Counted from the stretch's first letter, positions 1 through 8,627 are shown. The stretch: 28,690 nt of DNA from Candidatus Methanomethylicus sp. (GCA_028683025.1 JAJRAB010000074.1:1-28690), one strand, 5' to 3'. The notes: generated by a model from the letters alone, not told the origin. Made by a program: numbers and translations.

Positions 1-633
1 CAAGTTTTTGAGTATCTCCCTGGTATCAGGGCTAATCAGCTTCACAAACAGCGTCCCCAAGGCCATCACTGGGATACAGGTTAGCAATATGAGAACATAG
101 GTCCCAAGACCAATGAAGGTAAGGTAGGGTGCAAACGCAGACAGCAGTGGAGCCATGAAAGTCCCAACAACGCTGCCAGTAAGGAGGAATCCCATGCCTT
201 CGCCTCTGCGGCTTGCCGGGTACATATCGGTCACGGGTACTCTGAGGAGGTTCATGACCCCCGCTCCTGTGCCAAAGGCGAATATCCCAAGCCAGAATAG
301 CCAGGAGAGGGATGATTGGAGGGCGTAGGCCATGACTAAAAGCGCTGTGCAGGTGACGACTATTCCGGCATAGAGCACGGTTTTCCTTCCAACCCGATCC
401 ATCAGTCTTCCTGCGCCATAGGCGACCAATACCCGCCCCCCAATGGCAACTGCTGAAGCCAAGCTTCCAAGAGTGGCAGATTGGGTAAAGAAAAATACCC
501 CAAGGGCCGCTATAACCATGGCACTCTGGAATACTCCAGAGAAGAGGGCTTGGGTAACCGTGAGCATTATCGTATTCCGCTTGATTGCAGGAGGGATGGA
601 GGGCTTAACCGCATTACTAGTGATACTTGTCAT
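1..633 (-). CDS. MFS transporter, N-terminal part (runs off window edge)
   Basis: Not in the ORF track; translated by hand from ATG at 633: MTSITSNAVKPSIPPAIKRNTIMLTVTQALFSG...AYGAGRLMDRVGRKTVLYAG...VTDMYPASRRGEGMG. Contains MFS motif A (GRLMDRVGRK) and successive hydrophobic helices. GAGG lies upstream of the ATG. Confidence 0.88.
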   Translation of the reverse strand, partial: MTSITSNAVKPSIPPAIKRNTIMLTVTQALFSGVFQSAMVIAALGVFFFTQSATLGSLASAVAIGGRVLVAYGAGRLMDRVGRKTVLYAGIVVTCTALLVMAYALQSSLSWLFWLGIFAFGTGAGVMNLLRVPVTDMYPASRRGEGMGFLLTGSVVGTFMAPLLSAFAPYLTFIGLGTYVLILLTCIPVMALGTLFVKLISPDTREILKNL

Positions 634-765
634 TTCAATTCCTCAGAAGCTGAAGTTCGGGCAGTTTAATCGAAATGCGCTTAGGCTCATTGTTACGAGA
701 GCGTCGATCATGCACATTTCAACAATGTACATACTGCCAAACACTAAAAGCTTCTTTTCAATGCC

Positions 766-833
766 TTTTAAAAATGATTGTTGTTATTACTTGTTATAAA
801 TTAACAGTATGAAAGAACAAAAAATCATTTAAA
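766..833. promoter_or_regulatory. Back-to-back promoters for the MFS gene and the corrinoid/methyltransferase operon
   Basis: TTTTAAAA at 766-773 and TTTAAA at 828-833. Each is preceded, on its own strand, by a similar AACAA(N)AATCA element. Confidence 0.5.
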
Positions 834-871
834 CATATCTAGCATTGTTTATGATCAGGGGTAAAGTAGCT

Positions 872-1513
872 ATGAAAGAAGAAATTTTAAAGGGATTAGC
901 CCAAGCAGTTATTGATGGAGATCTGGACAAGGCACAGCATTTTTCCAAGGAAGCCATTGCCAATAAAATTGATGCCTATGAGGCAATTATGGAAGGTTGT
1001 GCCAAGGGGATGAACATTGTAAGCCAGAAGTATGAGACAGGTGAATGTTTTGTCCCGGAGGTTCTGTGCTCTGCTGAAGCCATGACAACAGCCATGGATA
1101 TGCTGAAGCCCTACCTGAAGGCAGATACCACAAATGTGCCGAAGAAGGTAGTCATTGGCACAACCCAAGGCGATGTCCATGAGATCGGAAAGAACTTGGT
1201 GACGCTCATGCTCGAGGCAGGCGGATTCAAGGTCATAGATCTTGGTCCAGATGTCTCTGTTGAAAAATTTGTCGAGACGGTGAAGAAAGAGAATGCGGAC
1301 ATCTGCGCCATGTCCTCGCTGATGACTACTTCCATGATCTTCATGCCGGATATAATCAAGGCCGTTAAGGCGGCCAAACCAGACACAGTAACCATGGTTG
1401 GAGGCGGCCCCTTGAGCCCTTCAACTGCGGAAACCTATGGCGCAGACGGCTATGCCAAGGATGCCTCTGTTGCAGTTAAAGTAGCTAAAGAATTGACTTC
1501 AAAGAGGGATTAA
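872..1513 (+). CDS. Methyltransferase corrinoid protein (MtaC/MtbC/MttC-like)
   Basis: N-terminal B12-binding_2 cap (EAIMEGCAKGMNIVSQKYETGECFVPEV), His-on motif GDVHEIGKNLV, SSLMTTSM, MVGGGP and YGADGYAKDA. ATG at 872 preferred over TTG at 845. Confidence 0.93.
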   Translation: MKEEILKGLAQAVIDGDLDKAQHFSKEAIANKIDAYEAIMEGCAKGMNIVSQKYETGECFVPEVLCSAEAMTTAMDMLKPYLKADTTNVPKKVVIGTTQGDVHEIGKNLVTLMLEAGGFKVIDLGPDVSVEKFVETVKKENADICAMSSLMTTSMIFMPDIIKAVKAAKPDTVTMVGGGPLSPSTAETYGADGYAKDASVAVKVAKELTSKRD

Positions 1514-1517
1514 AAAA

Positions 1518-2588
1518 ATGAAAGACAGACTATCAGGCGGAGAGAGGATGTTTGGCCTCCTGACAGGCCAAAAGATTGATCGAATACCCGTAAGTCCCTT
1601 TGCCGAGGGCTATGCTGCCAAGGTGTGCGGCGCATCGATAGGGGACTTTTACTCAAACGCCAAAACCAATTTCTGGTGCCAGCTGATGGCTGCAGACATG
1701 CATGGCTATGATTCATCACCGTTCTACGGCTATGCCAGCGTAGGTGCCTGGGAGTTCGGCGGCAAGATCGAGTTCCCCTACGGTGTGGGCCACGGCGCAC
1801 CTTATGTGACAAAGCATCCCATCGAGACTCCCGAGGATGTGGATAGGATGGAGATACCAAATCCCAAGACTGCTGGGGCTGTGCCTCTTACCATGGATGT
1901 CGCAAAGATGTGCAACTCATTGGGCATGCCAGCAGTATTCCAAATTGGCGGTTTCATAACCTACTGCGGCAATGCCATGGGTCCTGCAAAGATGCTGCTG
2001 TGGATGATCCGCAAGCCGGACGTCGTCCACAAGATGATTGCCAAGATAGAGGAGTTCCAAAAAGGAGTTGTTGACTACTTCGTTAACACCTTCGGAGCTG
2101 ATAAGTGCATGGCATTCAGCGGCGGCGCTACTGAGTCCAATAAGCTCATCAGTCCGAAGCAGTTTGAAGCCTTTTCCCTGCCCCACGAAATAAGCATGAG
2201 CAGATACATCCTTGACAAAGGTGTGCATATAGTGCTGGCGCATCCGTGCGCTGACCAGAACGGCAACCTGCCTTTCTACAAGAAGATGAGGGAATCATGT
2301 GGTTGGAAAGGGAAATATGTATGGAACTTCGGTCCCGAAACACCTCTGGAAAAGCAGATCGAAACCTTTGGAGCCCACGATGTAATTGGAGGCAATGTGG
2401 ATCCACCGTCGTTCCAGGTAAAGACCTTTGACGAGGTAGTAGCCCTTTGCAAGGACAATATCGAAAGGGGGATGAAGAACCCATCTGGCTATGTGCTGAT
2501 GCCAGGCTGCGAGATGCCACCCCTCACGCCGCCGATAAACGTCCACGCCATGATGGTTGCAGCAAGGAAATTCGGCGCCTACGAGTGA
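1518..2588 (+). CDS. MtaA/CmuA-family methylcobamide methyltransferase (uroporphyrinogen decarboxylase fold)
   Basis: Zn-ligand pattern H-x-C (AHPCAD) plus C-terminal GYVLMPGCEMPPLTP, LISPKQFEAF and GGNVDP. Starts 4 nt after the corrinoid gene. Confidence 0.88.
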   Translation: MKDRLSGGERMFGLLTGQKIDRIPVSPFAEGYAAKVCGASIGDFYSNAKTNFWCQLMAADMHGYDSSPFYGYASVGAWEFGGKIEFPYGVGHGAPYVTKHPIETPEDVDRMEIPNPKTAGAVPLTMDVAKMCNSLGMPAVFQIGGFITYCGNAMGPAKMLLWMIRKPDVVHKMIAKIEEFQKGVVDYFVNTFGADKCMAFSGGATESNKLISPKQFEAFSLPHEISMSRYILDKGVHIVLAHPCADQNGNLPFYKKMRESCGWKGKYVWNFGPETPLEKQIETFGAHDVIGGNVDPPSFQVKTFDEVVALCKDNIERGMKNPSGYVLMPGCEMPPLTPPINVHAMMVAARKFGAYE

Positions 2589-2647
2589 TATTGTCGAAAG
2601 AATTACTAACGGTGCCAGGTTACAACCATCCTGGCAAGTGTCTTTTT

Positions 2648-3247
2648 TTATAGCAGGTCCTTGAAGTTTTCGGGTATCATTATGGCAACATAGTCTTCTG
2701 AAACCCTAATCATGTCCTCGGGGGGTCTCCTGATTCCAAAGAATTCTGGCAGGGCTGCCTTCAGGTATTCAGCCATGAAAAGTGACCATTTCTTTCCAAG
2801 TTTATGCCAGAGCATGATCGTATTGCCTTTCTTGAAGTCCTTACAGACTGCCCATTTGGCATGCGAGCAGAGAAGGCTTCTCACCAACCAAATGTAAGTG
2901 CTGAAGTTTCGGGGTAACGAGTTGTACATTATTGTTTCCTCCCCCATGGTAGGTCCCAACTTTTTTGCAATAGCTGTAATATCGGATTCGCTAAGCCCAG
3001 AGAGCAACTCCTTAAAGACTCTCAGCGATAGTGATATGTGCCCATGGGCTTCAGCTTCCAGCTCGTAACCCACATAATTTTCAAGGAGGGAGTTGACAAG
3101 GGCATTTATCGAGGTATCTTTCTCCTCAGCCACTGTCCCGAGCTTGGTCAAAACCTTGGAATCGATCGAGAAGCTCCTTATTTGGTGGCTCGCCTTCTGC
3201 CCCTCGTTTTTTAAGACCCTTACCCTTTTTCCCTCCGGGGGACTCAT
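2648..3247 (-). CDS. Ribbon-helix-helix domain protein, probable transcription regulator
   Basis: N-terminal IRSFSIDSKVLTKLGTVAEEKDTSINALVNSLLENYV fits the beta-alpha-alpha RHH pattern. The alpha/beta C-terminal domain has no assigned function. Confidence 0.6.
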   Translation of the reverse strand: MSPPEGKRVRVLKNEGQKASHQIRSFSIDSKVLTKLGTVAEEKDTSINALVNSLLENYVGYELEAEAHGHISLSLRVFKELLSGLSESDITAIAKKLGPTMGEETIMYNSLPRNFSTYIWLVRSLLCSHAKWAVCKDFKKGNTIMLWHKLGKKWSLFMAEYLKAALPEFFGIRRPPEDMIRVSEDYVAIMIPENFKDLL

Positions 3248-3420
3248 ATTTTCCTTAACACCTCATTATTATTCATTGCAGGGAATTATAATCTTTTTTT
3301 AATGCTGATGTCAGTGGGGGCTTATAATGGTCTGATCTACATACTTGTGGATGGGATTCATGGGGCAATCTTAACTTTTCTATAGTCATCTTTCCTAAAA
3401 CCTGGATCTAGCAATCCGAG

Positions 3421-3734
3421 TCACTTGTATTCTTTCAACAGGATATCGGAGACCTCTCGCTTTTGTTTTACAATGGTCCTATATCGGCATGCCTCCTCCC
3501 GCTCAATCTTGTTCAGCTTTTTAGCATTTTTGAGAAAACGGCATGCCCTCAAATGGAAAAAGCTTAGCGCATCCAGAGCTTCATCGAACTGCAGGAGCAT
3601 CAATATAAAATCATCCTCAGAGGTCATATCTACAATGTTAATGTCAAAATGACGCTGTCCATCAATTGAAATATGCCACTTACCTAGGCTTCAACATCTA
3701 GCAAAATTGATTGGACTTCCTCATCTTCAGGCAT
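3421..3734 (-). pseudogene. Small hypothetical gene interrupted by a 1-nt frameshift
   Basis: GGAGGT, 9 nt, then ATG at 3734 gives MPEDEEVQSILLDVEA*. Adding one base at GAAGCC^TAGG joins it to the open frame LGKWHISIDG...MTSEDDFIL...KEYK (314+1 nt, 104 aa). Confidence 0.45.
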
Positions 3735-3849
3735 TGATTTTTAACCTCCGATGAAGTTCCAGGATTATTGCATATTTCATTTTAATGGTTTTACTGGTGC
3801 CTTTTCAATATGTCATTTCTGATCAGAAACCTTCTACCGTAATAGCTTT

Positions 3850-3867
3850 AAAAAAAAATAAAAAAAA
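3850..3867 (-). terminator. Oligo-T terminator candidate (T8-A-T9 on minus strand)
   Basis: AAAAAAAAATAAAAAAAA on the + strand, 16 nt downstream of the YegP-family stop codon. Confidence 0.55.
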
Positions 3868-3883
3868 GGCATTTATGATGTGC

Positions 3884-4069
3884 TTATTGTATCTCTTTTA
3901 CCGAAGCCTTTGGTGCATTCTTCTTCACGGATTCGATGCCGTTCATGCAGCTGTCCTTGCTCTCATAGGCTTCACTTGTGGCAATGATCTGCCCGTTCGA
4001 AGCCTTTAATCTGAACCTATATTTTCCCGCCTTATCTACGGTCACTTCAAAGACTGGTTCTGCTGGCAT
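3884..4069 (-). CDS. YegP/DUF1508 (UPF0339) family protein, single domain
   Basis: FEVTVDKAGKYRFRLKASNGQIIATSEAYESKDSCMNGIESVKKNAP matches the family signature. Confidence 0.93.
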   Translation of the reverse strand: MPAEPVFEVTVDKAGKYRFRLKASNGQIIATSEAYESKDSCMNGIESVKKNAPKASVKEIQ

Positions 4070-4204
4070 TTTTTATCACTACTTAATCATTGTTGATTTC
4101 ATGTATTTTAATTATATGATGGGATTGCGACCATTGATGTCGATACTGCGACGGCCAAGTGAGCTTTTATTTACCCTTATATATAATCTAAAACAGGTGA
4201 TTTT

Positions 4205-4528
4205 ATGGGAGTCAACCCAAAAATATCCAAAATAGAATGGAAGAGGACAACTTCAGCTGGATGCGTATCTTGCTCTGGGCAACTGGAAATTACCATAACC
4301 AATGATGGTGATGCAGGATCCATCAGAATATTGATCGAAGGAACAGGAGTGCAGTTGATGGATCCGAAGATCTACGACCAGCCCTTCAATATCAACAAGG
4401 CAGTCTCAAACACCTGGACATTTAAAGTCCCCTACTGGAGCAACAAGAGCCCTTCAGTTACCGCAAAGACAGGTCCTGCCGGCTCGGTTGCCTGGACAGA
4501 TCAGAAGACCGTAATCCCCACAGCTTAA
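4205..4528 (+). CDS. Hypothetical beta-sandwich-like protein with CxxC
   Basis: AGGTGA RBS and a TATA-like TTATATATAA near 4175. Beta-strand periodicity (LEITITNDG, TWTFKV), GCVSCSG, T-tract after the stop. Confidence 0.6.
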   Translation: MGVNPKISKIEWKRTTSAGCVSCSGQLEITITNDGDAGSIRILIEGTGVQLMDPKIYDQPFNINKAVSNTWTFKVPYWSNKSPSVTAKTGPAGSVAWTDQKTVIPTA

Positions 4529-4576
4529 TCTCCTTTTTTCATTTCCTTAAGGAAGCAGCCAAGCCTGGCGCTCAAA

Positions 4577-5566
4577 TCAATATTGATCTTTGAAATCCTT
4601 CCAGCGCAGCTTGGCATAGACATACGTTAAGGGCCAGAGTATGGCGACCGAGAGTACGCTCAGTATTAGGGCGGTCGTATAGTTGGGTGGCAAGAGGGCT
4701 AGCTTCAAGAGCACTGAAAGGATCAACATGTGCCCGAAGTAGACCCAGATCGCAGATCTCGCCAATGCCAGAAACGGCAGTGGCTTCCAACCGCGTTCAT
4801 CAGCTAACCTCAGGAGGGCAATGGCAGCAAATCCTTCGAAGAGGACTACAGGGAAGGCGAAGTAGTATATCCCCCGGGTATATTCAATGCTTCTACCATC
4901 GATAAAGGTCCCCACAAGAAATAGGACAAATATCCCAAAGCCGAGTGCCAGAAGCCACTTCTTGGCAATCCTGCCTTTTGCCAAAATGTAGCTCATGAGG
5001 CTGGCACTGGCTAGTACCACAGGTACCATCTTGAGGATCGAGAAAGGGCCCGAAATGGTTATGGGGGCGGCAACGCTCGATAGGGGCAATGAGGATGGCA
5101 GCCAGATAAGTATCGCACTGACTGCAGCATATATTGCAACCGAGGCAACCGCTAGCTTCTTCCATGAAAAGTAAATGAGTAGCGGGAGAACAACAAGGTC
5201 AGTAATGCCAAGCATAGAAACCGGCTCCCTTCCCTTTAGGAAGAAGTCAAGGGTGCCGTCAAGGCTCAGCGATGTGATTATGCCAACAGCCGTGAAGGCG
5301 GCAGCCCTAAGGATGGAATGCCCAGTAATATTTCCAAGGGACTGGCTCTCCTTCCTTCTTTGGAGTGCCAGGATCATGCTCATGCCAGTGACGAAGAAGA
5401 AAACAGGATCTGACGAGGCAAGGGGGTCCCCGGGCGCCCTCCAAACCGGGTAATAATTTGCAAGCTGCGGGTTCATCTCAACAAGGATCACGCCAAGCCC
5501 GTGAACAAACATAACAGAAAGGATCGCCACGCCCCGGAAAAGGTCCACCGATACTGACCGTTTCAT
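4577..5566 (-). CDS. DUF1624 / heparan-alpha-glucosaminide N-acetyltransferase-like membrane protein
   Basis: SVDLFRGVAILSVMFVH, PVFFFVTGMS, ILRAAAF; about 9-10 TM helices. Confidence 0.75.
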   Translation of the reverse strand: MKRSVSVDLFRGVAILSVMFVHGLGVILVEMNPQLANYYPVWRAPGDPLASSDPVFFFVTGMSMILALQRRKESQSLGNITGHSILRAAAFTAVGIITSLSLDGTLDFFLKGREPVSMLGITDLVVLPLLIYFSWKKLAVASVAIYAAVSAILIWLPSSLPLSSVAAPITISGPFSILKMVPVVLASASLMSYILAKGRIAKKWLLALGFGIFVLFLVGTFIDGRSIEYTRGIYYFAFPVVLFEGFAAIALLRLADERGWKPLPFLALARSAIWVYFGHMLILSVLLKLALLPPNYTTALILSVLSVAILWPLTYVYAKLRWKDFKDQY

Positions 5567-5645
5567 AGAAAAGCAGTTGTTCTAAGAGGTTATAACGCTT
5601 TTTGGAAGTTCCTATAATGGGCTTCCTGCTATCCACTGCCCGGAG

Positions 5646-6770
5646 CTAGCCTAGGATATCCTTTGCCCGCTGCATCTCCACTTCAACATCGACGCTGAAG
5701 GGGCATCTGTCCGAGCAGGCGCCACAGCCGTTGCAGTCCGAAGCCTTTGCTCCAAGGGCGCCATAATCCTTCCTAATACGGGCAGTCACCCCACCGGATG
5801 TGGCATCAAGGAGGCGCAGCACTTCGCCGATCTCGATGTTCATGGGGCATGGGAGGCAATGGTCGCAGTAGACACACTCTCCTGCAGAGTACTGCTGGAA
5901 GTCTTTGAGCAGGCCTGAAAAATCTTTTTCCTCTGGGGCAGCATTGCCATAGCTCAGGATCTCATCCAACTCACTCAGCTTCCTTACGCCAGCTACCGCC
6001 GAGGATACTCCTATCTGAGAGAGAGTGTAGCTGAGGCATCTGGCTACCGATGTAGAATCAGGAACCCTCTGCTTGATGTGCGAACTGCCTCCCCTAAGGT
6101 AGCCATGGAATCGGATTGTCTTGTCCCTCATCAGAAGCCTCCCTCCGGCAAAAGGCTTCATGGCAAGAACCCCTACCCCATTACGCATGCAGGCAGCAAG
6201 GGCGTCGTCCCTCCCAAGCAGTGAATTGTTGGCGAGGTTGATCTGGAACATTACTACATCAAACCTCCCACTCTCGGCAGCCTGCTTAACCACTGAAATG
6301 TCATGTGTGCTGATCCCTACGAATCTGGCAAGCCCCTCCTCCTTTAGGTGCGAGGCCAAATCCAGCACACCTCCATCCGCCGCCACATCAGCATACTCCT
6401 TGGCGGTCTTGACAAAATGCACGTTTGCCACGTCAATATAATCGGTTTTCAGTAGGGATAGAGCGTTATTCAAGACCTTTTCGCATAGTGCCGGCTCCCG
6501 TGTTTTCATGTATCTGCCATTCCTTTCGGCAGAACCCAGGTGGTGGGAGAGCATGATGTCACCCCGCCGGCCTTCAATTGCGTTTCCGTATGCCCTCAGG
6601 TAGTCAGGCAGATTGAAGACGAGGTCAAGATAATTAATCCCACCATCCAGAGCCCTCCGGACAACCTTGGCTACGGTACTCGGTGGCTTTCGGAGATGCT
6701 CAGTCCCCAAGGAGACCTCGCTGATCTTAGACCCTGTACGCCCCAGCTCGCGGTATCTGATCCCAGGCAT
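5646..6770 (-). CDS. Aldo/keto reductase with C-terminal 4Fe-4S dicluster domain
   Basis: YRELGRTGSKISEVSLGT, GISTH, AMKPFAGGRL; C-terminal CVYCDHCLPCP and CNGCGACSDRCP. ATG at 6770 preferred over 6791. Confidence 0.88.
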   Translation of the reverse strand: MPGIRYRELGRTGSKISEVSLGTEHLRKPPSTVAKVVRRALDGGINYLDLVFNLPDYLRAYGNAIEGRRGDIMLSHHLGSAERNGRYMKTREPALCEKVLNNALSLLKTDYIDVANVHFVKTAKEYADVAADGGVLDLASHLKEEGLARFVGISTHDISVVKQAAESGRFDVVMFQINLANNSLLGRDDALAACMRNGVGVLAMKPFAGGRLLMRDKTIRFHGYLRGGSSHIKQRVPDSTSVARCLSYTLSQIGVSSAVAGVRKLSELDEILSYGNAAPEEKDFSGLLKDFQQYSAGECVYCDHCLPCPMNIEIGEVLRLLDATSGGVTARIRKDYGALGAKASDCNGCGACSDRCPFSVDVEVEMQRAKDILG

Positions 6771-6884
6771 AGTACAGAATTCAGCTCCCACACTAATATC
6801 TGATAACGATCATGTTGAAAAAAGGTCAATAAAACAATGAGTTTGTGAGAGCCGAAAAAAGATTGGAAGACGATGATAATCCAC

Positions 6885-7226
6885 TCAGGGATTTCCTGGT
6901 AGTTTTGCACCTAGCCCATACCGCTTCGCCCATGCATCAAAGATCTCCATTTCCTGGCTGCTCAGCGTCCTGCTGGTCCGGAGCCACCCATCTTTCTCCC
7001 TGCTCTCGGCGGGTGCGTCCTCTGGCTTCCAGATGCAGCCAACGGGGCAGTTCACAATGCAGCTGAAATCGTCCTGACACTTGTCCCAGATGAGCCGGGC
7101 TTTGTTGTTATCGTCCATCTCCCAAGCCTCAAATGGGCACACTGCAGTGCAGATCTTACACTCTACGCAAAGGTACTGGTCAACGACCACCCTCTTGAAT
7201 TTCTCCAGGTCTCCACCCTTTACCAA
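6885..7226 (-). CDS. Dicluster ferredoxin with C-terminal extension
   Basis: CVECKICTAVCP and CQDDFSCIVNCP motifs. The TTG start has GGAGG about 9 nt upstream. Confidence 0.85.
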   Translation of the reverse strand: MVKGGDLEKFKRVVVDQYLCVECKICTAVCPFEAWEMDDNNKARLIWDKCQDDFSCIVNCPVGCIWKPEDAPAESREKDGWLRTSRTLSSQEMEIFDAWAKRYGLGAKLPGNP

Positions 7227-7340
7227 GTGAAACAGCCTCCCTTGATCTTTGCAATGCGGTTTTTAATAACGCATCGGTCTTCAGGAGTTGGCATATCATT
7301 ATATTCTCTTAACAAGGATGGTAAAAACGGTGTGCAACCG

Positions 7341-8627
7341 ATGATGCTTTGGGACCCTGTACGGAGAAAAAAATACAACCAGTATACGTTGATCTTATTC
7401 CTGGTCGTGTTTCTTCTAATAATATTGCAGATAGCATCGCCCGGGCAGCCATTCTATTTCTTTGCGGTCTTCGGGATCATCATCCTGTTTGTGGCGGCAA
7501 GGTGGATCCTAAGCATAAGGGACATCACCAAGGGGGCATCCAAGCCTGGCAGCGGAGGCATCCTTGGCTCCATAGTGTCAAACGTGACCGGTGCAGGGGC
7601 TGCCGAGGAGGTTGCCCAGAGCCTGAGGCAGTTTGGAGTTAACGCAGATGTGATCAAGCTAGATTCGCCTAACATCTATGGGGGGAGCGCCAATACCGGC
7701 AGGATCGGCAACCTCTCATTGGTGGCTGTTAAGGTCGAAGGCAGGAACATTGACAGGATTGAGCCCAATTGGACCCGAAGCGGGAAGCACAGCTACATAA
7801 CCTTCAGTTACCAGGTCAAGGCGGATCCCAAGGATCTCCAACAAGATCTCACATCGGTCCTCATGCCCAAAAGGGACAGGTCTGTACTGGGGAGCATAGT
7901 GGATTACAAATGGGTGGACACAGTTCCAGGTTTCCCCGGGGGGTGGGGCATCAACCTCGGCCTCTTCCTATTCGGGTTGGTCTTCATGGGCTTTGGCCTC
8001 TTTGAGATCATTCTTATGCTCAACACAATAGCTGAATTTGAGATTGCAATGGTGCCATTGGCTTTGGTGCCAACATTATTTGCAGCTATTGGATTCTTAC
8101 TGAGCTTTGGGCAGATCTTCTTCCTAAAGCGCCGCAGATACGAGGGGAACAACCTGCTTAGCAGGGCGCTCAATGCGGATTTCAGTTTGAAACAGATGCT
8201 TCTGAATGCGCACCATACGGATTGGACCACGGTTGCTCCAAGCTTGGATGGCAGCTCTGTTTCCATAGGCGGGAGCTTCCCAACCAGGGAAAAGTTTGAG
8301 ATATACGATGCCATAGCATCCCATGTCCTAAGCCTTGTGCCTGATTCTTCGTCCTTCGGAGAATATCTACCCCACCAGAGCGTTGAAGGTTCGGAAATCA
8401 GGCAAAAGGTGCCCTACCGAACGGTTAGCACAAGGCAGGTGATCATAGGTCCTGTATTCATAATTGCCTTTGCCCTTTGCTGGTTCGGCGCAGCCTTTTT
8501 CATCACCGGGGGGAATATGGAGGAGCTACTCATCCCGCTGCTCATGGCTGGTTTGTTCATAGCAATAGGCGTTGTGGCCTTAATAACCCAGATAAGGAAT
8601 CTTGCGAACCAAAACAAGAGCCACTAA
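7341..8627 (+). CDS. Hypothetical membrane protein (three TM hairpins separated by soluble segments)
   Basis: Long ORF with about 6 hydrophobic helices. ATG at 7341 with GGTG upstream is preferred, because 7227-7340 looks like a divergent promoter region. Confidence 0.7.
   Translation: MMLWDPVRRKKYNQYTLILFLVVFLLIILQIASPGQPFYFFAVFGIIILFVAARWILSIRDITKGASKPGSGGILGSIVSNVTGAGAAEEVAQSLRQFGVNADVIKLDSPNIYGGSANTGRIGNLSLVAVKVEGRNIDRIEPNWTRSGKHSYITFSYQVKADPKDLQQDLTSVLMPKRDRSVLGSIVDYKWVDTVPGFPGGWGINLGLFLFGLVFMGFGLFEIILMLNTIAEFEIAMVPLALVPTLFAAIGFLLSFGQIFFLKRRRYEGNNLLSRALNADFSLKQMLLNAHHTDWTTVAPSLDGSSVSIGGSFPTREKFEIYDAIASHVLSLVPDSSSFGEYLPHQSVEGSEIRQKVPYRTVSTRQVIIGPVFIIAFALCWFGAAFFITGGNMEELLIPLLMAGLFIAIGVVALITQIRNLANQNKSH

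Noticed and set aside
443-799. 118-aa plus-strand ORF with hydrophobic stretches
   Set aside because: Antisense shadow of the MFS transporter, which has a clear motif A on the minus strand.
872-2588. Pyrrolysine/amber recoding in the methyltransferase genes
   Set aside because: Both ORFs are uninterrupted and end in TAA and TGA. TAG read-through at 27004 and about 3686 gives no meaningful extension.
7227-7340. N-terminal extension of the 466-aa ORF
   Set aside because: It would abut the divergent ferredoxin start and cover its RBS and promoter; ATG 7341 is more plausible.
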